Assembly (NCBI GenBank): GCA_030017895.1
Contig: JASEGV010000005.1
Span: 5,988 to 69,987 of the forward strand
Direction of reading: 5' to 3'
DNA: 64,000 nucleotides
Source of the DNA: Bacteroidota bacterium
GTDB taxonomy: Bacteria; Bacteroidota; Ignavibacteria; UBA10030; BY39
The notes beneath the pieces were generated by a model. The model was not told where the DNA came from. It did not search any database and saw only the letters and a list, made by a program, of their open reading frames with translations. The position numbers and the translations under genes are program-made. Shown here piece after piece: positions 29,885 through 40,447 of the stretch. Numbering within the stretch: the stretch's first letter is position 1; the number at the start of each line of letters is the position of its first letter.

Positions 29885-29971
29885 AAACCGGCAAGATAAG
29901 CAGGTTCTCGAGTTCGATTTCGTAGAAATCGAGTAACGAGAGAACTTATTAGTCAACCTCACAGGGTGGGG

Positions 29972-32143
29972 TCATTTCATCAAGACCATTTTCTTCATAA
30001 TCGCTGTTTTTGCACCGGTTTCTAAACCTTCGGCAGTCAAGCGATATATATATACGCCCGACGATAAGCTGCTTGCATCGAACGATACGTATTCAGGTCC
30101 GTAGCTTAATTCTTCTCGATTAATCAAAGTTGCCACTTCCTGACCCAACATATTGTAAACCTTTAATGTAACAATAGCATCTTCGGGTAAGCTGAACTCA
30201 ATTGTTGTAGTCGGGTTGAACGGGTTTGGATAATTCTGGTTCAACACAAAATTTTCAGGAATTTCAACCGGTGAAGGTGTTGGATTGCTGATAGCTGCAA
30301 GTGTTCCGGGCCGTAAGAATGGAACTGAGGCTAATGCTTTTACACCACTTAATTTTAAGGTTGCTGCAAAACCGAGTGGCTTTGCAGTATCAATTGCGCC
30401 AGTGAAAGCACCATTAATTGCTGCCACCACGGCATTAAGATTTGCATAATCAAATGCAAGGTCTTCAATTGTCATCTTTGGGTCGGCTTCTATCGCAATA
30501 GTGTTCAACGTCTTTCCGTCTAAATCATTACCTGGATTATGGTATTTAAGTTCACCTAAACCATTCGGGATATAATTATTTGCACTTGCATTTAAGTTAA
30601 ATTTAAATGCAATAAGGTTTGCCATTAACACGTTATTGTGTTTCGATTGGGGAGCTGCTTTTAATTCTTTAACCCAAGGCTTACCACCAAATAATAATAA
30701 TGCACCTGGAGTTCCACTATGATTTACACCCTTTTCGTTAAGAGTTTTTAGCATATCTTTGAATGATAGCATCTTCAACTTGCCTGTGCCAATTGCAATA
30801 CCGGCAGTTGGGAACATTTCAGCCACTACGTTGCCGTAGCTTGGCATCGGTAAACGGGGCATATTTAATGTAAATGCACTTCCCGGAGCTACACCCATTA
30901 CAAGTTTAGCTGGTTTTAAAGCAGGCAACCACCAGTATTTACCTTTTTGTTGTTTACCTTTTGCAGCCCAGGCGTGAATTGTAACAACATCGCCCTCTGT
31001 TAAATCGGCTGGGAATGTATAATCAAATTTCTTTGCTGCATTATCAATTGCTGGTAATATTGTATAAGCGGTTGTTGCAACATCGTTTAACTTCACTACA
31101 TGAGGAAATGAAAGAGGATTATTAAGTAAAGGACTGCCCCATTCGACATGCAATTTATTGAATGGCCCACCTGCAGGAACTGTGAAATTAACTGAAAATT
31201 CAACTTTATCGGCTTTGCGCTTTACAAGTTTTTGGAGTTTACCACCTGTCAGAGTAACTAATTCGTTTGCAGTAAATGTGCGGAACATTGTACCAGCACC
31301 GGCGTCGGCTTGAACAGGAATTACAGTAGAATAATCACCCGCATTGTGCGATAATGTAATATCTCCGTTGTAAGAACCACTGACTATTGGGGCGAATGAT
31401 ACTGTTAATTCGAAAGTTTCTGATGGAGCTACTACTTCGGGACCTACTGAGCTAATCGCAAATAAAGGATCAGAAGTTGAAATTTCATCTATGTTTAAAT
31501 TACGATCGCCCGTATTTGTAACTGTGAAAACTTGTTGAGCTGTTAAACCGATTAAAACAGTTCCGAAATTTTTTGATGTAGGATCGACATTAATACCTGC
31601 GGCATTTGTTGTGCGAATTATTTTTAAAACAAATGGTTCATTGGAAAAAGGACCAGGTATAGTTATTGAAGTTTGTGTAAGCATATTGGCTACGTAGAGT
31701 CTTTCGGGATAAGGATCCGAGATACTTTCGTGTGTCATTATCTTTAAAAAGCCCGAACTGCTTGATAAACCTGCGGGCCACGATAACGTAACCGATCCAT
31801 GTAATACACCGGTTTGCACTGTAACATTCCATGTATCTAATTGATCGCCTGAATGTTTAAGTCTGATATCAGAGAGAGAGCCCGCCAAAAGATAGCTGCC
31901 GGTAAAACGTGCGTCAAAAATGCCTTCATTGGGGGGAGGCATCGGAGGTAATTCTCTTTCTCTTGGAAATAAAATTGAATCGAGACCTGCTGTTGCAGAT
32001 GGATGCAAACCAAAATCAAGAACAACACTGTTTACACCGTCTGATACAGTCAGATTAATAATGGGCTGAGCATTTACAGCTTGACCGAGGAAAAAAGCTA
32101 GAGTCAAAACACTCAACACGGAAAACATGATAATTTTTTTCAT
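29972..32143 (-). CDS. Secreted T9SS cargo protein (723 aa) with N-terminal 'HPNAT' module
   Basis: Signal peptide. N-terminal ..FGLHPSATAGLDSILFPRERELPPMPPPNEGIFDARF.. module, shared with 36292..39366 and 39395..40249. C-terminal ..LNQNYPNPFNPTTTIEFSLPEDAIVTLKVYNMLGQEV..SGVYIYRL... Confidence 0.8.
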   Translation of the reverse strand: MKKIIMFSVLSVLTLAFFLGQAVNAQPIINLTVSDGVNSVVLDFGLHPSATAGLDSILFPRERELPPMPPPNEGIFDARFTGSYLLAGSLSDIRLKHSGDQLDTWNVTVQTGVLHGSVTLSWPAGLSSSSGFLKIMTHESISDPYPERLYVANMLTQTSITIPGPFSNEPFVLKIIRTTNAAGINVDPTSKNFGTVLIGLTAQQVFTVTNTGDRNLNIDEISTSDPLFAISSVGPEVVAPSETFELTVSFAPIVSGSYNGDITLSHNAGDYSTVIPVQADAGAGTMFRTFTANELVTLTGGKLQKLVKRKADKVEFSVNFTVPAGGPFNKLHVEWGSPLLNNPLSFPHVVKLNDVATTAYTILPAIDNAAKKFDYTFPADLTEGDVVTIHAWAAKGKQQKGKYWWLPALKPAKLVMGVAPGSAFTLNMPRLPMPSYGNVVAEMFPTAGIAIGTGKLKMLSFKDMLKTLNEKGVNHSGTPGALLLFGGKPWVKELKAAPQSKHNNVLMANLIAFKFNLNASANNYIPNGLGELKYHNPGNDLDGKTLNTIAIEADPKMTIEDLAFDYANLNAVVAAINGAFTGAIDTAKPLGFAATLKLSGVKALASVPFLRPGTLAAISNPTPSPVEIPENFVLNQNYPNPFNPTTTIEFSLPEDAIVTLKVYNMLGQEVATLINREELSYGPEYVSFDASSLSSGVYIYRLTAEGLETGAKTAIMKKMVLMK

Positions 32144-32216
32144 AATACCCTCACTTATTGTTGATAGTTATTATTGTTAGTTGATTATTTAATTAGTTTC
32201 ATAAAGTTTTTATTTA

Positions 32217-32250
32217 GATACTGTCGGAAGGAGCAACCTTCCGACAGTAT
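32217..32250 (-). terminator. Strong perfect hairpin 15 nt downstream of the 32265..36248 stop
   Basis: atactgtcggaagg-agcaa-ccttccgacagtat: 14-bp perfect stem, 5-nt loop. No long U-tract. Confidence 0.55.
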
Positions 32251-32264
32251 AAGATACTAATTAT

Positions 32265-35200
32265 TTACTTTAACATCAAGGCTTTGCGGACAGCCGAGAA
32301 GCCATCGCTTGTCATTTTGATAAAGTAAACACCGCTCGGTGCAATGTGCCCTTGCGAGTTTTGACCGTTCCATTCAACTGAATGATATCCGGCATCTTTC
32401 ATTCCGTCGAACAAAGTAGCTACTTTGCTGCCTAATATGTCGTAAACTGTTACTTCTACACGAGCATTTTTAGGCATTGCAAATTCGAACTTAGTCGAAG
32501 GGTTGAAAGGATTAGGATAGTTTTGACCTAACATAAACTCGGTCGGTAATCCTTTCGAGTCAATCGTCAAAATAATCGAAGAAGCTTGAAGAATTTGTTT
32601 GCTTCCCTTCTCGCCGCTTAACGAGATTGTCGATTGTTTTTTACCTTCGCTTGAATTTTCGACGAAGAAGCTGCGTGTGCGGTTAGCTAAATTCCAACTT
32701 ATAGTTATTGGGTAAGCATCAGCATTAATGTTAATTGGATACTGAAGCGTTCCTTCGAACTGTGCAGGATAAGCTTCTACTAATCGTTGTGATGCGAATC
32801 GAACATCGAGAACTCCTGCCGGTGGACTTGGTGGTAATGTGTAATAAGCAACCGGGAAATTACCATCAGTGTTTTCACCGAAGTATAAAGTTTGGCTGTT
32901 ATTGAATTTATCAGTTATTGTAATGCTGTTAAACTTGCTTAATTCGGCAAGCTCTGTTTCTTCCTTCGCTAATGTTGTAGCTTGAAGTTTTAATACACCA
33001 GCATTTTTAACTTTTATCCAATAACCAAAACCGGGACGAATTTGTGTTGCAGTTGCATAACCGCTGGCACCATATTCATAGTAAGGTGAAGAAATGTTAT
33101 CGGCAGGTTCTGAAGTAATAGCTGAAACACTTGTAGGCTTAATTATCGAGCCAATCATATTCCAACCCGGGGTAACCGGGAATTCTGTTTCATACACAAA
33201 TCCACCAAAAATCGAGAATGTTGAGGCAGCGGGGAATTTAAGCCAATAAGCAGGTCCTAATGTTAATGTCGTATCGATTGCGTACGCACCGCTGCGGTAT
33301 GTGAATGCATTAGATGTCGCTGTTGGGAAAAGGTTTGTCTTGGAATCTGTTCTACGAACAGGTATCGAAACCATATTCCACCCTGTACGAACGCTTACTT
33401 CATCTGTCAAATCTGAGTCGAGGCAGATTGCACGCACTAAATTACGCAACACAATTCGATTGCTTGGACCCACAGGTTTCCACCAATAATCTTCTCTTAA
33501 AGCATGCCATGTATTGCCATAATTTTCCGAGAAGAAACTGCGATTGTTTGGATCGTAAATCTTATATGGCATTGGATAGTAATCGGTTCCTTGAGGGAAG
33601 CTTCTACCCGTTGTTTTTAATGCTGACCGTAAATAGTAAGATATTGTGACCCAAAAATCTTGTCCTGCAGTAAACAATAGTTCTTGGTCTATCGGGAAAC
33701 TAACCCACTGCGAAGCTGATGTTCGGACGAAATAGGGAAAACCTTCCGGTGTATTAGGGAGATACGATTTACTCCATAGAATTGAGCCTGAACTACTGTC
33801 GTCGATGCCCGGATTTCGGACAGTCACCACAATTGAGTCAGCTAATGTATCTCTGAACGAAGTTGTGAAAACGACATCGGCGCTTAGTAAACGCGTGCTA
33901 CGAGGTGCAGTAAACCGAACACCTGTAGTTAGGTCGTATCTAGCACTATCTACAGCCCAGTTGGTATCATGAGTATCATTAGAATCATCGTATGCAATTG
34001 CGAAAGAATTACTCTGATGTGCTCGTAATTTCATTGAGATTGTATCATTGGTATAGTTGATATCACCAGTTAATGTGGGCCATACTTTTAAATCGTATGT
34101 ACCAATTGCGGTTGGTGTTAAATTTAATTTAAGCACTTCTTTTTTGTTATAGGCAAGTCCTGCGGGTCGACTGAGAAATTCGATTGGACCATCATTAATC
34201 GAATATCGTAACAAATATGCACCAGAGGTTGGATCGCCACCTACGTTTGCTACTTTAGTCTCCCAATTTATAACTGGAATATATGGAGTACCAGTAGTTT
34301 TAGGTTGAATAGTCGGGTTTATTTGAGCCACATACTCAAGAGCTAAATCTTTCCTCGGGAGTATAGAAATTACCTTTTTACCATCATTTGTTGAAGGGTC
34401 TTCATCACCAGTGTAGAATATGCAAACGAATACTGTGGTATCACGGGATGCAAATTTAGGTATGAATAGAGTGCTAAATTTTAAATATGCATATTTACCA
34501 CCAAGTCCACCCCATACCGGATTAAACACTTGTTTTACACCATCATTCTCATTAACAGGAAGTGAATTACCCTTAAATGTAATTGTAACTGTACTTGGAT
34601 TAGCTTCTAGTCCATCGTTCTTGATAATAACTTTAACCGATTCAGGAACATCAACAGCATGTAACTGCTCTTCGGTATAGTTAACAAGATCAACATTGAT
34701 TACTATCAAATCTTTTGTTGGTATGTAATCGGTATTAAGCCTCATAAATTTAAAAGCATTTTTGGATACAGGTCTTGAATCGCCATCCGGTACAACTATG
34801 TTACGTCCTGGAACTCGATCTTCTTGGAATCCAAAATACATCCAACTTGAATCGTTAATAATTGGATTAAAATTGGAAATTGTTACATAACGTTCATCTA
34901 AATCACTTGTGCGGGTTAAATTTTTAACATCCGCCCATGTGAAGCCACCGTCATCGGAATATGTATAGATAACATCGCTATAATTAAAGCCTTTACTATC
35001 TGTAACACCCTGCATAAAGGCATCACAGAGTACAAATAACCTTGTTCCGGTAGCACTTTTTGAAATTGCAGGAAATGTGAAGGATAAGAAATGGCCGGAT
35101 TGTGAATATTTCATTGTCTTTGCTAAAAACGGGAAATTAACAGAATCGATAACGATTCGACTTGTTCTTGATTCACTATCCCAGATTCTGATTCTTGATG

Positions 35201-36248
35201 AGGCATAAGATATACTCGTACCGACAAATCCTGCACCCATAGAAACGATGTATAGTTTTTCGCCAACATAGCTCATGTCGAAACCAGTAAAGCCAACATA
35301 TCCATTTACTTCCTTAGAAATTGAATCTTGTGGTCCCCACGTAACACCATTATCGTTAGATTCTTTGAAATAAATAGTATAGGTATCGGATGTACCTGGA
35401 CTTCCGAACCAACCGAGAGCAACTTTGCCACCCGGACTTACTGCCATAGCCGGTCTGGCACCGCCCGATAATGTATCAATTGGAGTCCAAGCTTCAAATG
35501 TATTAACATTAAAGGTGGTTACGTAAACTCCACCTGGTGGGTTTTGTCTTCCGGCAAGAACAACATTATTTCCGTTTGCAGCAACCTTAACCATAGGCCA
35601 GATTGCCGAATTAGTAGGAAATTCATATTGTGCATACCTTGCATCACCAAAACCACCGAATAATAATTGTTGTAAACTGATGGTTGTGGCAAGTGGATTT
35701 TCTTCGTCGAGTGGAGTAGGATGAGTAGCATGGTTTACGACGTTGGTTAGATAAACGCCACCCACATTTTCAATTGTCATTTGTGGATATCCGGAACGAG
35801 GGAAGGGACCAATATTCAATATTTCAGGTGTCGTACCCCATGTTTCACCCCCATCGCTTGAAAAATTATATGCCGTTCTCCTTGATGCATTAATAACGAC
35901 GGTGGAACCGGAATCGGTAGCAACCATCATTATTGCATGAACCTGATTTGGGTCGTTAGGGCTTACCTCTAAATAATCTATCGCACCTCCATTTGATTGA
36001 TAATCCCAATATCCGGTTATCCCCGTAAAAACACCACGGCCACTTGGCGGTGCGAAATAATCAGGCATAACTTTCTTTGGGGCGTTTTTCATCACAGGAT
36101 ATTTAAAATTATCGTTTACAGGTCCTTGATCGATAAGATCTGATTGAGGAACTATTCGCATTACATCCTGCGAAAAAGCCATTCCTGTTAATATTAGAAC
36201 AGCCATTACACTGAGAACAATTTTAAGCATGTTCACTCTTCCTTTCAT
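32265..36248 (-). CDS. Large secreted T9SS cargo protein (1327 aa) with N-terminal Asp-box (BNR/sialidase-like) propeller
   Basis: Signal peptide. Asp-boxes SSDGGETW, SDDGGFTW, SNDNGVTW. The C-terminal ~330 aa (2x GWNM(V/I)S(I/V)P domains + T9SS domain ..LGQNYPNPFNPSTKFEF..VYDILGSKV..SGVYFIKM..) are paralogous to 17358..20600. Confidence 0.8.
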   Translation of the reverse strand: MKGRVNMLKIVLSVMAVLILTGMAFSQDVMRIVPQSDLIDQGPVNDNFKYPVMKNAPKKVMPDYFAPPSGRGVFTGITGYWDYQSNGGAIDYLEVSPNDPNQVHAIMMVATDSGSTVVINASRRTAYNFSSDGGETWGTTPEILNIGPFPRSGYPQMTIENVGGVYLTNVVNHATHPTPLDEENPLATTISLQQLLFGGFGDARYAQYEFPTNSAIWPMVKVAANGNNVVLAGRQNPPGGVYVTTFNVNTFEAWTPIDTLSGGARPAMAVSPGGKVALGWFGSPGTSDTYTIYFKESNDNGVTWGPQDSISKEVNGYVGFTGFDMSYVGEKLYIVSMGAGFVGTSISYASSRIRIWDSESRTSRIVIDSVNFPFLAKTMKYSQSGHFLSFTFPAISKSATGTRLFVLCDAFMQGVTDSKGFNYSDVIYTYSDDGGFTWADVKNLTRTSDLDERYVTISNFNPIINDSSWMYFGFQEDRVPGRNIVVPDGDSRPVSKNAFKFMRLNTDYIPTKDLIVINVDLVNYTEEQLHAVDVPESVKVIIKNDGLEANPSTVTITFKGNSLPVNENDGVKQVFNPVWGGLGGKYAYLKFSTLFIPKFASRDTTVFVCIFYTGDEDPSTNDGKKVISILPRKDLALEYVAQINPTIQPKTTGTPYIPVINWETKVANVGGDPTSGAYLLRYSINDGPIEFLSRPAGLAYNKKEVLKLNLTPTAIGTYDLKVWPTLTGDINYTNDTISMKLRAHQSNSFAIAYDDSNDTHDTNWAVDSARYDLTTGVRFTAPRSTRLLSADVVFTTSFRDTLADSIVVTVRNPGIDDSSSGSILWSKSYLPNTPEGFPYFVRTSASQWVSFPIDQELLFTAGQDFWVTISYYLRSALKTTGRSFPQGTDYYPMPYKIYDPNNRSFFSENYGNTWHALREDYWWKPVGPSNRIVLRNLVRAICLDSDLTDEVSVRTGWNMVSIPVRRTDSKTNLFPTATSNAFTYRSGAYAIDTTLTLGPAYWLKFPAASTFSIFGGFVYETEFPVTPGWNMIGSIIKPTSVSAITSEPADNISSPYYEYGASGYATATQIRPGFGYWIKVKNAGVLKLQATTLAKEETELAELSKFNSITITDKFNNSQTLYFGENTDGNFPVAYYTLPPSPPAGVLDVRFASQRLVEAYPAQFEGTLQYPININADAYPITISWNLANRTRSFFVENSSEGKKQSTISLSGEKGSKQILQASSIILTIDSKGLPTEFMLGQNYPNPFNPSTKFEFAMPKNARVEVTVYDILGSKVATLFDGMKDAGYHSVEWNGQNSQGHIAPSGVYFIKMTSDGFSAVRKALMLK

Positions 36249-36291
36249 TTGTTTTTAATTATTAGTTATTAATTAATTGTAGTAATAGTAA

Positions 36292-39200
36292 TTATCGTAT
36301 GAGTATCATTTTTTGTACTACTGAATATTTATCTGTGTTCATTTTAATAAAATATACACCGCTTGGAACATTTTGCGAATTCATATCTTTGCTATGCCAT
36401 TCAACACTATAAGTTCCAGAAACAAAATAGTTATCAGTTAAAGTTGTTATACATTCGCCTAAAGTGTTATAGATTATAAGTGCTGCACGGGTTGAATTTT
36501 TAATTGAAAATCTGATATTCGTTGACGGATTAAACGGATTTGGATAATTCTGATATAACACAAAATCATCAGGAATTTGATTGCTCTCGATTTTCACATT
36601 AAGCGGACGAGCACCCCATTTAGTCAGCGATAAAGTTTTTACAGCTTCGTTCGTTATCTGAACCGAATTATCTAAATCCATTCTAACATTCACGGTAAAG
36701 CCACCGATTTCGTCTCGTAATTTAATGCTATCGCATACATTTTTAAGGAAAGCATTATTCCATCTGATAGTAACCGGATAAGTTCCTATGCCTGTCTGGA
36801 AACTAACTCTGTAAGTATCAATCTGTGTAAAACTTGTAAATGGGATATAATTCAAGCGTATCCCTTCTCCGAGGATCCCTGATCTTCGTGGTGGACTAAC
36901 CCAACGCGCATCAAAATAACCGGGTTCTACAGGTGGAAGCATATACTCGCCTAATGCATTATCAATTCCGTGTGTAGCATTTGGATGAACACCGAAGCGG
37001 ATCGTATCTCTTGCAATTCCGGTTTCAAAGACTACAAACGAGGTAAGCCAGCTTGCCGATTCATCGCCATAAGTTTTGAAACTCCACACCTGCGACCATC
37101 CGCTGATTCCCCCCTTATTTTTTGCTTTAACTCTCCAAAAATATCTTGTCTGCTCTGATAACAAACCTATTTTCCGTTCATTAGTTGTAATAGTAGTATC
37201 TAACAAAACACGATTTGCTAGCGAAAATATTGAATCACGTGCCACTTCTAAAAAATAGAACTCAGCATTCAATGCAGGTTCCCATTGTAAGGTTGGACGG
37301 AGCGAAATATTCGGAGCTTTATCCCTCGGTTCTTTCAATATAACTGAATCAGGAATTGGGAAACCTACGGTAGTAAAATTAAATGTATTTGAATAATCGC
37401 CGTAACCTGTTCGATTCCAGCTTCTAACGCGCCAGTAATATTTTTTTTCTAACCCTAATGGACCAATTTGTTTAGAAAGCCCAGAATAACTGCTATCTTC
37501 AAATAATGGTTCTGCAAAAGTAATAACTGTATCTATCTGATAATGATAACCCACACCCCGAATTGACGAACTCCATTGAACTGTAGGATTTGCAATTACA
37601 TTAATTTGATTGTTTAAGGGCGATATCAATGTAACTATTTCGGGAGGAGTCAATACTGTTTTAAAATTCCAAACACTTGAATATTGTCCGGTGCCTACAT
37701 AATTTTTAGCTCTAACACGCCAATAATACTGGATGTATGATATAAGTGTCGGAATTTGTTCAGATGTATCGACCAGATTTGTATTTGTATAAATTTTATT
37801 TGTGAAATTATTATCGAGTGCGACTTCAAGTTCATATTGTGAAGCATATTGAGTAGAATTCCATGTTAAAGTCGGCGAAAGTAATGCACTTGTATCGTTA
37901 TTACCAGGAGCTACCAGTATTGTGGTCGATGGAACAGGAATCCGTGTTCGGAACCTCCATACAGCGCTGTTAGTAATGCCTGAATCGTTCTTTGCACGAA
38001 CACGCCAGAAATATGTTGTTAAGGGAGATAAATTAATTGTTCGTGTTGTATCTGTAATTGTTGAATCCTGGAATATGATAGATGTAATATTTGTATCGCT
38101 CGATATTTGTAAATGATATTGTACTGCATCAAGAGTTTGTCGCCACCTGAAATTTGTAACAGGTGCAATACCCGTGTCCCGATGTGCTGGCAGTACCAGT
38201 TCAGGGACGGCAGGTTTATATAAACGTAAACCAAACGTCCTGCTGCTGGAAAATATTCCATATTCTCCATCGGCAAAGCAACGAACCCGCCAAAAATATG
38301 TACGTCCGCTGGGGATGAGGCTGATTTGCCTGAATGTATCGATTATTGCAGTATCGTTAATAACCACCTGCGTAAAGTTAACATCATTTGCTATTTGCAA
38401 ATGGTAACGTGGTATAGCCACAGGTTTTCGCCATCTAAAATTAATTGGACGCGGTAAATTATTTGCAATTGAATCAGGAGAAACAAGAGTTGGTACAGGT
38501 AATGGCGGTGTAATAAAACTGTTTGTGTTCGAGAATGGTCCATATCCATACTGGTTGCGTGCACGCACTCTCCAATAGTGTTTCTTATTGTAATTATGCA
38601 GTACTACCTGTTTTATTACTTGATAGTTTTTTGTAGAATCATCAATAAGGGTGCTTGTAAAATTTTCATCCAATGCAATTTGATAATTATACGAAATTGC
38701 ACTTTGTACGAAACTCCATATAAGTTCAGGCGTTACAACTTTTAAAACTGAATCCTTAACGGGAGTATAGGTAAGAGCTTTTAAAGGCGGTAGTGCGGGA
38801 TACGGTTTCGAACCATATTTTATTATTCTCATCAAATTTAATTCAGGATCGGATAGAACCACAAATGTTGTTGTATCCATACGCCTTCGAGCTTCAGTAG
38901 GTGTTGTAATTTTTATACTATCGCACACTAAGTTTATTCCTACGGGCCAATAAAATTTAATTGGGTGGCCTTCAGCATTTTCTAGCGTACTACGATAATT
39001 AACTATGAATGTGTCTATACGTTCAGGGATGGAATATGCTCTGATATCAGTTCTTAGCCCATTACCAAAACAACCTCCAAGACCACTCCTGCTATCCTTC
39101 AATCGCAAATCAAAATCAACCGGATCCGGAGGTGGAGGTGGTAACTCTTCCTCTATCAGTCTAGTACCATCGTCAAAGTTTAACATTATTCCCACATCAA

Positions 39201-39366
39201 TACAATAAGTGGCATTTGGATGAACACCGGTAAATAATTTTTCGCGGACGCCAGTGGCAACCTCTGCCCGATAAGGGATTATGAAATTGGTTTGTGCCGC
39301 TGCAATAAAACTTACTGCAAACAGCAGCAAACCAATTACAAAATATTTATGATTTTTATTCTGCAC
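36292..39366 (-). CDS. Secreted T9SS cargo protein (1024 aa): HPNAT module + 6 fibronectin-III-like repeats + second HPNAT module + T9SS C-terminal domain
   Basis: Six repeats ending in (Y/H)(F/Y)WRV(R/K)A(K/R)N..G.S (FN3-like). HPNAT modules at the N-terminus (FTGVHPNATYCIDVG..LPPPPPDPVDFDLR..LVCDSIKI) and before the sorting domain (FGVHPNATHGIDNALGE..LPPVEPGYFDARW..NVCDSIKL). C-terminal ..LYQNYPNPFNPSTNIRF..IYNTLGECI..SGVYFIKM... Confidence 0.8.
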   Translation of the reverse strand: MQNKNHKYFVIGLLLFAVSFIAAAQTNFIIPYRAEVATGVREKLFTGVHPNATYCIDVGIMLNFDDGTRLIEEELPPPPPDPVDFDLRLKDSRSGLGGCFGNGLRTDIRAYSIPERIDTFIVNYRSTLENAEGHPIKFYWPVGINLVCDSIKITTPTEARRRMDTTTFVVLSDPELNLMRIIKYGSKPYPALPPLKALTYTPVKDSVLKVVTPELIWSFVQSAISYNYQIALDENFTSTLIDDSTKNYQVIKQVVLHNYNKKHYWRVRARNQYGYGPFSNTNSFITPPLPVPTLVSPDSIANNLPRPINFRWRKPVAIPRYHLQIANDVNFTQVVINDTAIIDTFRQISLIPSGRTYFWRVRCFADGEYGIFSSSRTFGLRLYKPAVPELVLPAHRDTGIAPVTNFRWRQTLDAVQYHLQISSDTNITSIIFQDSTITDTTRTINLSPLTTYFWRVRAKNDSGITNSAVWRFRTRIPVPSTTILVAPGNNDTSALLSPTLTWNSTQYASQYELEVALDNNFTNKIYTNTNLVDTSEQIPTLISYIQYYWRVRAKNYVGTGQYSSVWNFKTVLTPPEIVTLISPLNNQINVIANPTVQWSSSIRGVGYHYQIDTVITFAEPLFEDSSYSGLSKQIGPLGLEKKYYWRVRSWNRTGYGDYSNTFNFTTVGFPIPDSVILKEPRDKAPNISLRPTLQWEPALNAEFYFLEVARDSIFSLANRVLLDTTITTNERKIGLLSEQTRYFWRVKAKNKGGISGWSQVWSFKTYGDESASWLTSFVVFETGIARDTIRFGVHPNATHGIDNALGEYMLPPVEPGYFDARWVSPPRRSGILGEGIRLNYIPFTSFTQIDTYRVSFQTGIGTYPVTIRWNNAFLKNVCDSIKLRDEIGGFTVNVRMDLDNSVQITNEAVKTLSLTKWGARPLNVKIESNQIPDDFVLYQNYPNPFNPSTNIRFSIKNSTRAALIIYNTLGECITTLTDNYFVSGTYSVEWHSKDMNSQNVPSGVYFIKMNTDKYSVVQKMILIR

Positions 39367-39394
39367 TAATTGTAGATAGGATTTTTAGAACCAA

Positions 39395-40249
39395 TTACTT
39401 TATTAAAACTGCTTTCTTAACACTATTGAATATTTCGCCATTCTGGTTAACAGTATTCATTTGAATATAATAGATACCATTAGCATAATTAGTAGCATCC
39501 CATTTGACAGAATAGTTACCGGCATTCATTTGTTCGCTTACTAAAGTATTCACGCGCTGACCAAGTACATTGTAAACATTAATTTTTACATTCGATGTAT
39601 TTTTAATTGAAAACAAAATATCTGTCGATGGATTGAATGGATTTGGATAATTTTGTTCTAATTTGAAGTCATTGGGCAAGCCGCCTATTTCTTCTACATT
39701 TAAGGTAGTTTGTGTAAAAATAGTTAATCTTACTAAATCTGGATCATCGAGAAGGAAAGATGTTTGGCTTAACATATCTACTTGATCTAAATCTTCAGTT
39801 CCAAATTCTTTCATGGTCAAAGACGTTATAGATGGTTCAGTTATTGGTTCCCAAGTAACAGTAATGGGCCATACCGCTTTTTGACCATCGTTAAAGACTA
39901 ATCTAAAAGTATCTCGTATAGATTGGCTTAAAGTCCATTTTCGGATGTCGTAAGGTTTCACACCGGGACCGTACATTCCTCCTGATGGAAAACAATCATC
40001 AGTTAAACCCGTCGTTCTAAACCTGCCCAAAATAATGTGGAAATCAGGCGGGGCTGGAGGACCTTCTTGTTCGCCTAAAGCAGCATCTAAACAGTGTGTG
40101 GCATTCACGTGCCAGCCTAATGTAGCTGTATGAACAGCCGCGGGTGTATTTGAATCCGTAACCGTAAGTAATATTTTATATTCCTGAGAATATAATTTTG
40201 CTACAAAAAGAACCATCAAAATCGCCGCACTTATAACTTTTAATTTCAT
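39395..40249 (-). CDS. Small secreted T9SS cargo protein (284 aa) consisting of one HPNAT module + T9SS C-terminal domain
   Basis: Signal peptide. ..LGWHVNATHCLDAALGEQEGPPAPPDFHIILGRFR... C-terminal ..LEQNYPNPFNPSTDILFSIK..VYNVLGQRV..NGIYYIQM... Confidence 0.8.
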   Translation of the reverse strand: MKLKVISAAILMVLFVAKLYSQEYKILLTVTDSNTPAAVHTATLGWHVNATHCLDAALGEQEGPPAPPDFHIILGRFRTTGLTDDCFPSGGMYGPGVKPYDIRKWTLSQSIRDTFRLVFNDGQKAVWPITVTWEPITEPSITSLTMKEFGTEDLDQVDMLSQTSFLLDDPDLVRLTIFTQTTLNVEEIGGLPNDFKLEQNYPNPFNPSTDILFSIKNTSNVKINVYNVLGQRVNTLVSEQMNAGNYSVKWDATNYANGIYYIQMNTVNQNGEIFNSVKKAVLIK

Positions 40250-40295
40250 TTAATTTTTCCTTATAGATTATTTATTATTAATTTTTATTAACTGA

Positions 40296-40429
40296 CTGAA
40301 GTTACGCAGAATTGACTTTTTGTCATGTTGAGCGAAGCGAAACATCTAAAAATAGCCTGAATTTGAGGTTTCAGATTCTTCTCCCGCTCTACGAGCGGGA
40401 TCAGAATGACTCTTTTGCGTATCTTCAGT
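40296..40429 (+). mobile_element. MITE-like element copy B (134 bp, longest variant). Right TIR degenerate (tgcgtatcttcag)
   Basis: Contains all internal modules: gaattgactttttgtca + tgttgagcgaagcgaaacatctaaa + aatagcctgaatttgaggtttcagattcttc + tcccgctctacgagcgggatc + agaatgactctttt. Flanks ttaactga / ttacttat. Confidence 0.85.
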
Positions 40430-40447
40430 TACTTATTTCTAATTAGC

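Noticed and set aside
29771-29962. 63-aa - strand ORF between the 723-aa cargo gene and the pilin-like gene
   Set aside because: Arg/Ser-rich low-complexity translation that overlaps the hairpin and promoter region. No start context or recognisable domain. Treated as non-coding.
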